Position numbers and translations under genes: made by a program. Shown in pieces: positions 11,730 to 23,210 of a DNA stretch of 64,000 bases. The stretch is from assembly GCA_002269645.1 (NCBI GenBank), contig NIVC01000110.1, positions 682,001 to 746,000 on the forward strand, in the 5' to 3' direction. Every line of letters starts with the position of its first letter. Position 1 is the first letter of the stretch. Source of the DNA: Macrostomum lignano (taxonomy: Eukaryota). The notes beneath the pieces are model-generated. The model searched no databases. It saw nothing but the letters and a program-made list of their open reading frames with translations, and had not been told where the DNA came from.

Positions 11730-13496
11730 ACTACTACGTGAGAAATCTTTAACAACAAAATGATGTGTCCATAAACATTGTCTATGTTACTATCAACTTT
11801 CAGTAATAAATTGAATCAGTAATGAAACAGCTAGAATAAAATACTTTTTTTACGATTAAAGTCGATCGTGTTTAGTTGGACTCTAAGATTGCTTAGCCTT
11901 AGGCCATAGCTAAAAGTCAAAGATTTTTAACTAGGCCTAGTTAAATTTAAAAGGATTGATTGACTGATTAACTTGTTTAATGACTCTAATGAGTTGTCTA
12001 GCAGTACTAGTTATTAAGTTAAAGTCTAACTAAATATATATTACAATACATATTTGCAGCTATAGCTATATAGATAGGCTTAGGTTAGGCCTATAGACCA
12101 ATGGGTATAAGACCAAGATGGCCACATACCATGATAGCCACAACATTAAATCTTTATTATGAGCTAGGGCCTATGTCTAACTTTCTCTTTCTACCATCGA
12201 CATTGTTTTGCAACTTGATAACCAATGTTATAATAATTATTATGTTTAATTAATCATATTCATAGTCAAAGATACTAATCCAATAATAGGGGGGGCTATT
12301 AGATTTGAAACTAATTATCTATAATACAACTGAAATCTTTTTTGACTTTAGGCCTAGTTTTTGTTTAGCCTCCCTAGTCTAGTTTTATTTATATATATAA
12401 TAAATTTATTATATATTAAATATTATATATATAAATATATTATATTATCTCTTAGAGACTTGAAGATCTATAACTATTCCTAAGACTAATTATCACTGCA
12501 ATTAGTAATAAAGAAATATATAAACATTATTTAGGTCTATCTATTTAGACATTTAAACTATAGAGTGTGGCCATCTTGGTATGTAACCTATAATCTAGGG
12601 CCTATACGGCTATAGGCCTAATATTAATAAAGATAGATTTGATTTAAGACTTCTTTAATAAAAATCTAGGCAAAGACTGTATTATTATAATTAGGTAGGC
12701 CTATCTAAAATAATAGCAGATCATGCTCATGCAAAACAATGCTATAAAAATGAATTCAAATTTTATAGGCCTACCAATAGTAATGACAATATATAAAGAG
12801 CTTATAGGCCTATAGATAGTAGCCATATATATAATATATTGGAATTGCATGAATGGCCACTGTGTATGCAAGTAGAACATTATATACATAGTAGCTATTC
12901 ATGTAAATCTTAGCATTTTTATGCTAAAGCAAGATATTGCAAGTTAGCTTGCTATGCCACTAGGTCTTAATAGCCTCATGCAACTAGGCCTTTTGTAGCA
13001 CTTTGTTAATATTTGACAGTGACAATGGCACTATATAGAATAGAAGCCATTTAATAAAATAATGCCTTTTTATCCTTGAATACTAGCTATATGTGTAGTC
13101 AGGGTTATCAGTCAGATCAGATTGTCATATTTCATTTTATCATAGGCCTATTAGATAATAGAGTAACCAAAAACAAAGTAGGCCTAGCTTTGAAAAGTAA
13201 TGTGATGAAATGACAAAATATTTGCTAGTTATGCTAGATATTTTATTATCAACTAATCAATCTATGAGATACAAGATTCAAGTTAGTATAAACTATTTTT
13301 TTTTATTAACTATAAGCTATAGTCAGTAGAACCAATCAATCAAAAGGTTTTATTATCAAGATGACAAAATAATTGGGATCATTAGGATTCTAAGTAAATA
13401 TGTTTAATTGCCATATATTAATTCAATTGGAAGTTGGAACTAATATGATTAGTGGATGACAAAATGGCTCTTTTCAGGTAGTGCATGCTAATTAAG

Positions 13497-16400
13497 ATGA
13501 CGAATGACCTTAGTCAAGGACAAGGTGAGCATCCCAAACATCCCAAATGATGAAATGGCAGATAACAAAATGACTAAGCCCTTAGGAACCTTTGACAGGT
13601 AGGCTCATGGCTAGCTTTCCATACATTGCTTTGAATTTTGGACTTTGGCTTTTTATAATAAAGTAACCAAGCCATAATTTGTTCCTAGTTATACTTTTAC
13701 ATTTACTTGCTATTTTTGGTCTGTCAGAAGTTTTTGGACCCATCAAGCAAACAATCTCTGACATTCTAAATTCAGCTATCAGATTAGTATAAATGGCTAT
13801 TAATGATATATCAACAGTAATAGCTAGCTTATGCATAATGTCTTAGCAGTCAATATTAAAAGCATAATATACCAGCTCCTGCCAAGCTATATTATATTTA
13901 TTCAGTTATAACTCTGTATAAAAGTATTTACCAGGGGTGTTCAATAAGTACTTATACTTTTGCATGCTGCTTATAAATAATGCAATCAATCATTAAAAAT
14001 TAGGTGTCACTAAAAAGCAGCTTTTCCCTGCTACAATTTGCTACTAGAATCATTTGGTTCTCTCTGTTTTATCAAGTTACAACTACATATGTAGCAAAAA
14101 GTCACCTAGACTTGCAGTAAGTCAACAAGTTAACAAAATTTCAAAGTGGTAGCTCACAAATGGGTAACTGGCTGCAGTGAATGCTACAAAATGACTACAG
14201 TAAATGATTGTGATAGACCCATGAGCCAATGAAAATTGAGCATGAATCTTGGCTCAACTGTGCCCCATCCCTAAAGGGTGTATATCACACTCTTCTGAGC
14301 AACACTCAAATAAATTTCCAGGACTTTTAGCGCAGCAAAAGAAGGGAACAAAAGCAAAAAAGCTAAAGCCCAGTTTGAAATATTCTGTTGCTTTAAAAGC
14401 TATATGCTTCTCTAAGTTTTTCAAAAGATATCTCTTTGTCACGGCAGCCTAACAAAGAAGTCTGAATGCATTCAATCCAATGTAGTTTTGCCACTTTCCA
14501 CTAGCTTGTTGAATTACTGTTAGTCTATGGTTGAGTGTCTGCTACATTTTTGTTCATAACTTTTGTTTCCATTGTCTGTTTTTAATGATGTTAAAGTCAA
14601 TATAAAAAAGAGAGTTGCTGCTATAAATCTGTGCAAAATGATGTTATTTGGATCAGCAGAATGAGAGATATAATGAAAAGTAACACTACTTTTGTTGTTT
14701 TGAGACAGCCCTCATATAGCTCGTATGTTATACTTTGTAAACATTTAATAATTTTTAACTTTCTATAAATAGGTAAACTTTATACAAATTTATTTATTTA
14801 ATTAAAAAATATACATTAATAGTAGTATAGTCATTAGTAATTTAAGACCATTGAAAAGTTGGTATTTAATGTCATGTTTTTTAAATGTTTTTTCAGACAA
14901 ACTATCTGACAAATGGTGGATCCTTGCTCTAATCAGCTATGGTAAGTTGTTCATCATTGTTATAGTATAGTAATAATAAGTATGCATTATGCATACTTAT
15001 TTACTTATAATTATAAATTTGAAATTGTTTGATCCTATGCTTTGTGTCATTTATATAAGAATTGGACTTCATATTTCAGTTTCGTATTGTCTGAATATTA
15101 TATATATATATTCTATTTATAATAACAACACATTTAGTTAGATGTTTCAGGAGATGGGTTATTGTTGTTTTTAAACCAGATGGTAATGAGTAAAAAACAA
15201 TAACATTGCAACTTAATTTTAATCCATTTTATTAGCTCTAACTCAACGCAGTCACTTAGGAAGTTTATCCGCTTTGTTGGTAATTGATTTAAACTATTTT
15301 CAGTGTTGTCTATCAGTTTTGAGTCTCTGCTTCACTTTCTTTGTTATAAATTAGGACATTGCACATTTTTGTTTCTTATCATTCATATATAAATTTGATG
15401 CTTCCAATTTTTTCACTTTACTGTCTAAGTAAATCTAAAACTATTATCAAAGTAGTTCAAAATAAATATTTAATACCATTTTTATAACAGATTATAGTAC
15501 TTTTTATAAGTTATAATATTGTTTAAATAGTTATTGTACTGGTCATTTTTTGTCATACAATGTCATGCATTTATAATAATATTTGAGACTAATAGACCTG
15601 CAACTATTTTATAGAATCAACAATGTGTCACTATTATAAGGCAACATTTGCAAAACAAAAATGAAAATAAATGACTATGCAAGTATTGATTAAATTAATC
15701 AATTAAATATTGGCTTTAAGCCACTTTGTTTCAATGCTAAGCTTTGAAGTACTCATTTTTTTCTACTACATTTCTTTTGAAGCTTTGTAAGAAGAATTGT
15801 TTATTTGTCTTTTTCATAATTTTCATTAAGTTTTTTGTTGTCTTCACTACACTAGCTTTTTATTGGCTAGTATTTGTAGTAAGAGTTTTATGTATTTTTT
15901 ATGTTGTTTTCAAGTTTTAAGCTTTTCTCCTTTTGTTTAACCAAATCACTATATTACAGTATCCCCAATTGTTTCAAATCGGCAGTTACACTTGTTGTGT
16001 TCACCTTAAAATTTTGTTTGTGTCAACTGAATCAAATTAGTTGAAGATAATAATCAGAAAGTGGAAATGAAATCCTTATAATACACTTAGCTGCTTAGAT
16101 TTTGGTGCTTTTTAAGCTGTTGCTATACATTTAGTTAACCGTTTTTTAAACTGTTGTAAATGGTATGATAGAAAATAGAAATCTTATAGACTCGGTGGGG
16201 GTATTCTTGGTAGATTGGGGATGGTTTACATTTAAACATTTTCATTACCACCTATGGGGATTATGAAGATCCTTATCATCTATTGGTACTCTAAAGATCC
16301 CATTATCACATTTGGGTATTCTAAAGATCCCATTCCCAACTATGGGGGTTCTAAAGATCCCATTCCCAACTGTGGGGATTCTAAATATCCCATTCCCAAC

Positions 16401-19400
16401 TGTGGGGATTCTAAATATCCCATTCCCAACTATGGGGATTCTAAATATCCCATTCCCAACTATGGGGATTCTAAATATCCCATTCTCAACTATGGGGATT
16501 CTAAATATCCCATTCCCAACTATGGGGATTCTAAATATCCCATTCCCAACTGTGGGGATTCTAAATATCCCATTCCCAACTGTGGGGATTCTAAATATCC
16601 CATTCCCAACTGTGGGGATTCTAAATATCCCATTCCCAACTGTGGGGATTCTAAATATCCCATTCCCAACTGTGGGGATTCTAAATATCCCATTCCCAAC
16701 TGTGGAGATTCTAAATATCCCATTCCCAACTGTGGGGATTCTAAATATCCCATTCCCAACTGTGGGGATTCTAAATATCCCATTCCCAACTGTGGAGATT
16801 CTAAATATCCCATTCCCAACTGTGGGGATTCTAAATATCCCATTCCCAACTGTGGGGATTCTAAATATCCCATTCCCAACTGTGGGGATTCTAAATATCC
16901 CATTCCCAATTGTGGGGATTCTAAATATCCCATTCCCAACTGTGGGGATTCTAAATATCCCATTCCCAACTGTGGGGATTCTAAAGATCCCATTCCCAAC
17001 TGTGGGGATTCTAAAGATCCCATTCCCAACTGTGGGGATTCTAAATATCCCATTCCCAACTGTGGGGATTCTAAATATCCCATTCCCAACTGTGAGGATT
17101 CTAAATATCCCATTCCCAACTGTGGGGATTCTAAATATCCCATTCCCAACTGTGGGGATTCTAAATATCCCATTCCCAACTGTGGGGATTCTAAAGATCC
17201 CATTCCCAACTGTGGGGATTCTAAATATCCCATTCCCAACTGTGGGGATTCTAAATATCCCATTCCCAACTGTGGGGATTCTTAAGATCCCATTCCCAAC
17301 TGTGGGGATTCTAAATATCCCATTCCCAACTGTGGGGATTCTAAAGATCCCATTCCCAACTGTGGGGATTCTAAATATCCCATTCCTAACTGTGGGGATT
17401 CTAAATATCCCATTCCCAACTATGGGGATTAAGAATGAGTTTTCGAATTTATACTTTTGAATTTATCTTCTACTCTATTAACAGAATAAAAAACACTTTC
17501 CATCAAATATCCATAGTGATAACGGAATAATTCTTAAGCAAAATTTTCCTCAAACTCGGTCAGTGCCCCAGGAGGCCCTGGTCTACCTGGGCGTAGTCCT
17601 CGGCCTGGTGCTCGCACTGATCGTGTTCGGGCTCTACCTGTACCGTCTGCTGTGCTTCGCTCACAGCCCGGGTTTGCGCTGCCTTGAGACAAAACCGGCG
17701 GCAACCGCTTCTGTGGCGGTCAGAGGCAGAGCCTTTGATGTTGCCGTCAGCTCGTCGGCTGCTCCTTCAGCAGCTTCTCGCATAGTCGGTGTCGGATGCG
17801 GCGGAGAGTCTCTGCGACTGCTCAGATTGAATGGTAGGTTCATAGGGCCTGGAAGGAGGGGTAGTGGCGGCACATCAAAGGACTTGTAGGAGGGGTAGTG
17901 GCGGCACATCAAAGAACTTGTAGGACAGGTAGTGGCGGCACATCAAGTGACTTGTAGGAGGGTTAGTGGCAGCACATCAAAGGACCTGGAAGAGGGGTAG
18001 CGGCGGCACATCAAAGAACTTGTAGGACAGGTAGTGGCGGCACATCAAAGGACTTGTAGGAGGGGTAGCGGCGGCGCATCAAGGACTTGTAGGAGGGGTA
18101 GTGGCAGCACATCAAAGGACTTTTATGAGGGGTAGTGGCGGCACATCAAAGGACTTGTAGGAGGGGTAGTGGCGGCACATCAAAGGACTTGTAGGAGGGG
18201 TAGTGGCGGCACATCAAAGGACTTGTAGGAGGGGTAGTGGCGGCACATCAAAGGACCTGGAAGAGGGGCTAGTAGCGGCACATCAAAGGAGAGCAATTTG
18301 ATAAGCAAGAAGGCGCTTATAGATGAGAAAATATGGTAAGTTTTATTTTGTCATAACACTGGTTTAGTAAATAAATTTTCAGACGATGGCGATCAAGACG
18401 ATAGTGACTCAATAGGAGATTCTGAGCAAAATCAGATTCATCATCAACACCAGGAGCATCGGCTTCAGAGGCAACATCCACAGAGGAACAATTCGTCAGT
18501 AGAGAATCGACAGGAGTCTGAAAATTTGATCATGGCTGACCGTGTTGCTGTCTCTGCATCCAATCCATCCCAGCAGCCGGAGCCTCATCGGTTGGCTAGT
18601 GAAGAACGGAGCTATTCGAATGTAGAAGCTTTCGATGTAATTGTAAATTGTAGGATTGAAAGTTAGCTTACATCTAAATTAGTCATTGGGTAGAACTTGT
18701 GGGTCAGGGTGTTAATGGGTCATGGTGTTATTGGGTCAAGACGTTACTTAGTCAGGATATTAATGGGTCAAGATGTTATTAAATCAGGATGGTAATGGGT
18801 CAAGGTGTTGATAGGACAAGGCGTTAATGGGTCACGGTGTAAATAGATCAGGTGATAATTGGTCATTGTGTTAATGGGTCTGGGTCAGGGTGATAATTGG
18901 TCAAGGTGTTAATGGATCAAGATGTTAATGGGTCAAGATGTTATCAGGTCAAAGCGCTAGTGAGTCGAGTAGCAATGTGTCAAATAACTAGTTGGTCAAG
19001 GTGTCAGTGTGAGTCAAGAACTAGTGGGTCGAACAGCTAATAGGCCATCTGTAGATTAATTTTAAGCATTGCTCATGGCTATGTGAGATTACTAATGAGA
19101 GTAGCTGAAGAACAATGAATAGTAAATATTATTAATAATAACTCAGAGCCTGCTGCTCTCGACCCTCCCCAGGCGCAACCTCTGCCGGCGCCCACTCAAG
19201 CACCTACAGCTTGGCTAGAAGTGTCCATCAACCATCACTGTCAAACATTCTCTGGCCAAGGCTGCCTAGAGATTTTAGTTGCCAGGGCAGCTGGCATTCA
19301 AACTATACCTGTTGGGGAATCGATTGAGGTTGGCGGCCCCGTGTCCGCCCAGGTGGTGGCGCTGCTGTCTACGGATGCTGGCGAAGTCAGGCGGCTGCGC

Positions 19401-22203
19401 ACTCGCACGGCTGGCATCGGGGCGAGCGCTGGCGGCGTGTCCGTGTTCGGCGATGCCCTCAGCTTCGAGGCTGTGCAGTGCGGTGAGGCTGGCTTGTCCT
19501 GCACCTGTCCTTGCTCCAGATCCTTCATCTCACTGCACCTGTCCTGCTCCAGATCCTTCATCTCACTGCACCTGTCCTGCTCATCCAGATCCTTCATCTC
19601 ACTGCACCTGTCCTTGCTCCAGATCCTTCATCTCACTGCACCTGTCCTGCTCCAGATCCTTCATCTCACTGCACCTGTCCTGCTCCAGATCCTTCATCTC
19701 ACTGCACCTGTCCTGCTCCAGATCCTTCATCTCACTGCACCTGTCCTGCTCCAGATCCTTCATCTCACTGCACCTGTCCTGCTCATCCAGATCCTTCATC
19801 TCACTGCACCTGTCCTGCTCCAGATCCTTCATCTCACTGCACTTGTCCTGCTCATCCAGATCCTTCATCTCACTGCACCTGTCCTGCTCATCCAGATCCT
19901 TCATCTCACTGCACCTGTCCTGCTCCAGATCCTTCATCTCACTGCACCTGTCCTGCTCATCCAGATCCTTCATCTCACTGCACCTGTCCTGCTCCAGATC
20001 CTTCATCTCACTGCACTTGTCCTGCTCATCCAGATCCTTCATCTCACTGCACCTGTCCTGCTCATCCAGATCCTTCATCTCACTGCACCTGTCCTGCTTC
20101 CCGTAGTGGATGCAAAATCAAGTCAAAGGCAATTAGAAATGAATGATTCATATTTTAATTTACCACAGCCGACCTGCCGCTGCTCACTCTCCGACTCCGG
20201 CTGTACGCCTGCCCGTACGTTGAGTCCAGGCGGTGCCTGCTAGCATCGAGTTGCTTAGCCGCAGCCGAGCTCAAGAGTGCAGCCGCTTGTCACACAAACG
20301 CGCCATCGCGATCTTGGGCAGCATCTGGGCAAAATTCAGGAATTATTCGACTGCCTTTGATCCCATCCGCCGATCAGTCCGCTTGGGTATGATGAGCCAA
20401 GCGTAATCTAATAAAGTATAACAATGCGCGGTTTATCTACTCTAAGTAGAAATATAAACATTTTGTCATTATTTTTCCACTATTGTGCTTGAAAGTGATA
20501 AGGAGCGCTATTTTATTGCAGGACTCGGATACGGGCTTCTCGGAGACTTCGAGTATCGCAGGCCAGGGTGGTGATAACGATGGCGACTTGGGCGCTGGGA
20601 GCATCGCCGATGCCTCTGAGGCTGGCAAGATTGTGTCGGGTGCCACTAATGCTGCCGCTGCAACGGCTGCTGCTCAATCGCTAAGCAGTCTAATAGGACA
20701 ATCAGAACTTTTTATTGGATTGACGTACAATCAATTGACTGGTCAATTGGGAATCGAGGTGCTCAAGGGCAGCGGATTAAGGCGGCAGAGCAGCATAGGC
20801 AAGCCACCAGGTAAGATGTGTTTGAGGTGATGTGCTTGCCTGAAATGCCTTATCTGTAGTGCTGTGCTGTGATTGGCTGCTGTAGCTTATCTCCTGTGCT
20901 GTGATTGGCTGCTGTATCTAATCTCCTGTGTTGTGATTGGCTGCTCTCACTGCTCCAAGCACAAAAACCACGTGGGAATCCTTGCAGACACCATGGTGAA
21001 GCTGTGCCTGGAGTTCGCATCAACTGGCCAGGCTCTGTTCCGCTGCAAGACCAGCTGCGCCAGTGGAACGCCGCATCCAATGTGGAAGGAGAATTTTGTG
21101 TTTCCACTGAACAAATTCCAACTGGTTGACGCGTCAGTCTTTGTATGCGTCTTTGTTAGGAAGCCGATTTTGAACCGACAGGAAATGCTCGGCTGGGTTG
21201 CTCTGGGTGAGGCTCTTTCTTTTGCCATATGTTTTATTAGCTGCCGATATGTATCGATTTTTTATTTGGAGCTATCGATTCGTATTAAATTGTGAAATTG
21301 TAAACTACCGAGCTGTATCGATTATGCAAATCTGAAGCTACCGATATGTATCGATTATGCAAATCTGAAGCTACCGATATGTATCGATTATGCAAATCTG
21401 AAGCTACCGATATGTATCGATTATGTTAATTTATAGGCAGAGATATGTATCATTATATGACTTTAAAGTTACGGATATGTATCAATTTTGTAAATTAAAA
21501 GCCACGATATGTATCGATTTTCTAAATTAAAAGCCACCGATATGTATCGATTTTCTAAATTAAAAGCCATCGATATGTATTGCTTCTGTAAATTAAAACT
21601 ACCGATATGTACCGAATCTGCGCATTTGAAGCTACCCGGGGGGGGGGCATCACAAACCCGAAAAATCACAACTCCGAAAAAAACAAAATAGCATTGCCCA
21701 TCATAAACCCGAAATATCATAAACCCGAAATATCATAACTCCGAAAGTTCTAGCAATGTCCAACACTAGTTTGGTTTTCGGAGTTATGATATTTCGGGTT
21801 TATGATGGGCAATGCTATTTTGTTTTTCGGAGTTATGATATTTCTGGTTTGTAATATTTCGGGTTTACGATATTTCGGGTTTATGATGGGAAGTGCTTTC
21901 GGAGTTGTGATTTTTCGGGTTTATGATGGCGACCCCAGCTACCAATATGTATCTAAAAATAGTTTTTTGGGGAAATAGTGTTTTAAGTGGCTTAAAAGGC
22001 ACTTTATTATGTGTAGGTCATTTTATTAAAGAATTTTTTATGCTTTTCATATTATTCTCGTAACATTTTTGTTGCCAGGTCGCAAAAGCAGCGGCGAGGA
22101 GGAACAGGCTCACTGGCAGGACATGCTGGACTTTGGCGGCACCCAAATCTGCCGTTGGCACCGATTGCTGCCCGCCACCGACTATGCGGGACCCAAGCCG
22201 TGA
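13497..22203 (+). CDS. SYT14: Synaptotagmin-14/16-like protein (N-terminal TM, two Ca2+-independent C2 domains)
   Basis: Exons 13497-13524, 14897-14941, 17564-17833, 18383-~18598/18661 (donor unresolved), 19147-19482, 20169-20386, 20522-20810, 20988-21206, 22079-22203. TM segment VPQEALVYLGVVLGLVLALIVFGLYLYRLLCF. C2B LFIGLTYNQLTGQLGIEVLKGS..CKTS..G.PHPMWKENFVF..MLGWVALG and terminal SSGEEEQAHWQDM..QICRWHRLL match SYT14/16 as remembered. Confidence 0.85.
16318..17430. repeat. 30-bp minisatellite (CTAAATATCCCATTCCCAACTGTGGGGATT), ~37 copies
   Basis: Direct observation; SYT14 intron. Confidence 0.97.
17846..18290. repeat. 34-bp minisatellite (GGACTTGTAGGAGGGGTAGTGGCGGCACATCAAA)
   Basis: Starts ~12 bp after the donor at 17833. 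Confidence 0.93.
18700..19020. repeat. Degenerate ~16-18-bp repeat (GGGTCAAGGTGTTAAT-like)
   Basis: Recurring GGTCA..GTGTT..AT units. Confidence 0.7.
19495..20097. repeat. 33/36-bp minisatellite (CAGATCCTTCATCTCACTGCACCTGTCCTGCTC)
   Basis: Fills the intron that splits the C2A domain. Confidence 0.95.
21245..21630. repeat. Degenerate ~33-bp minisatellite (GCTACCGATATGTATCGATT...)
   Basis: Tandem; interrupted at its end by the foldback element. Confidence 0.85.
21638..21936. mobile_element. Foldback/MITE-like element with ~40-bp TIRs and subterminal CATAA(A)CCCGAAA/CATAACTCCGAAA repeats
   Basis: Left GGGG..CATCACAAACCCGAAAAATCACAACTCCGAAA; right end is the reverse complement. AGCTACC is duplicated on both sides (21630-21636, 21937-21943). 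Confidence 0.75.
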
Positions 22204-22697
22204 CCTCAGGCATGACAACCGGGCCTAATAGTTCTTATTTTATTATATTGATTATATCTTTTGATTCAATTTGTAAATTATAACGCACATGCGCCGTATA
22301 CTCTACTGTTTGCCTACTAAGTGTTTTTTGTGTTGCAATCGAAATCGTGTAGTATTTTTCTCAGCGATCAGTCTGAATTAGCAAAAGCGGCATAATGTTT
22401 TGTACAGCAATATTACATATTTATTATTAATTAATAATTGCCACTAATAGTCTAATATCAGTCTATGCCACAAGATACTTGCTGAATAGTTTTTATCGAT
22501 TGTTGTAATATTGAGATTTTATACACTTGGCTATATTATAGCTCATATCTTTTGTTCCATTGCACATTTGCGCACTTTTTTAACTCTAATAAAAATACAA
22601 TCTAAATCTGGTTCTAAGCTTAATCTTGAATAGTTATGTCTCTTTTATTTTAGCTCGTACTAAGAAAAGGACTTTTCATCGTGTTGAAGATAACGAA

Positions 22698-23057
22698 GGT
22701 CCGGGATACAGCCCAGAGGTCCAGCGCGGCGCTTTGATATGCCAGCGACCCAGGCTCGATTCCAAGTGCAGTCGCATTAATTTGGGGCTTAATTGGAATC
22801 TCGGCTTGGCTCTGCTCGTGCAATTAACGCCCATATTGAGGGCCAACCCCCAAGGCCCAGTGAAGTGTACATGCCTAACGATAAATAAAGTTAGGGCTGC
22901 TGTACACTCCTGTGTGAGTGTGTGCCTGTGCGTATGACTGCTTACGTATCCGCGCGCTTGTGTGCCTGCTCAGGGGAGTCGGTGGAATTGGCAGACAATG
23001 TCACCTAAAGTGCGCTAGGGTGCACACAGCCCCCTGCCTCTAAATAACTGAAAAAAA
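22698..23057 (+). mobile_element. tRNA-derived SINE candidate (tRNA-Gln-like head, A-rich tail)
   Basis: Head CAGCCCAGAGG (A-box-like), CTTTGA..CCAGCGACCC, GGCTCGATTCC (B-box-like); ~290-bp body; ends AAATAACTGAAAAAAA. Confidence 0.45.
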
Positions 23058-23210
23058 CTAAGGTATTGTGTAGGGATTAGTGCGACCCCAATATGTCACT
23101 TCCTAAGTATGTATTACCCATCCACCCATCATCAGCTTTGCTTGCTGTCTTCCTTCAGCGCCATTAACATACAGACATTGGCCGAAACTCAGTAACAGTT
23201 TTTCTTTCCA

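Noticed and set aside
16318-17430. CRISPR-like array (30-37-bp periodic repeats here and elsewhere)
   Set aside because: Units are contiguous with no unique spacers, no cas genes are present, and the context is eukaryotic.
16254-17460. Long repetitive ORFs (GDSKYPIPNC etc.)
   Set aside because: 30-bp array open in several frames and on both strands; lies inside a SYT14 intron.
19298-19597. Apparent nested minus-strand exon (QDKPASPHCTASKL..)
   Set aside because: Antisense shadow of the GC-rich SYT14 C2A exon 19147-19482.
22698-22775. Functional tRNA-Gln gene
   Set aside because: Acceptor and anticodon stems do not pair properly and the B-box is GGCTCGA; retained only as a SINE head.
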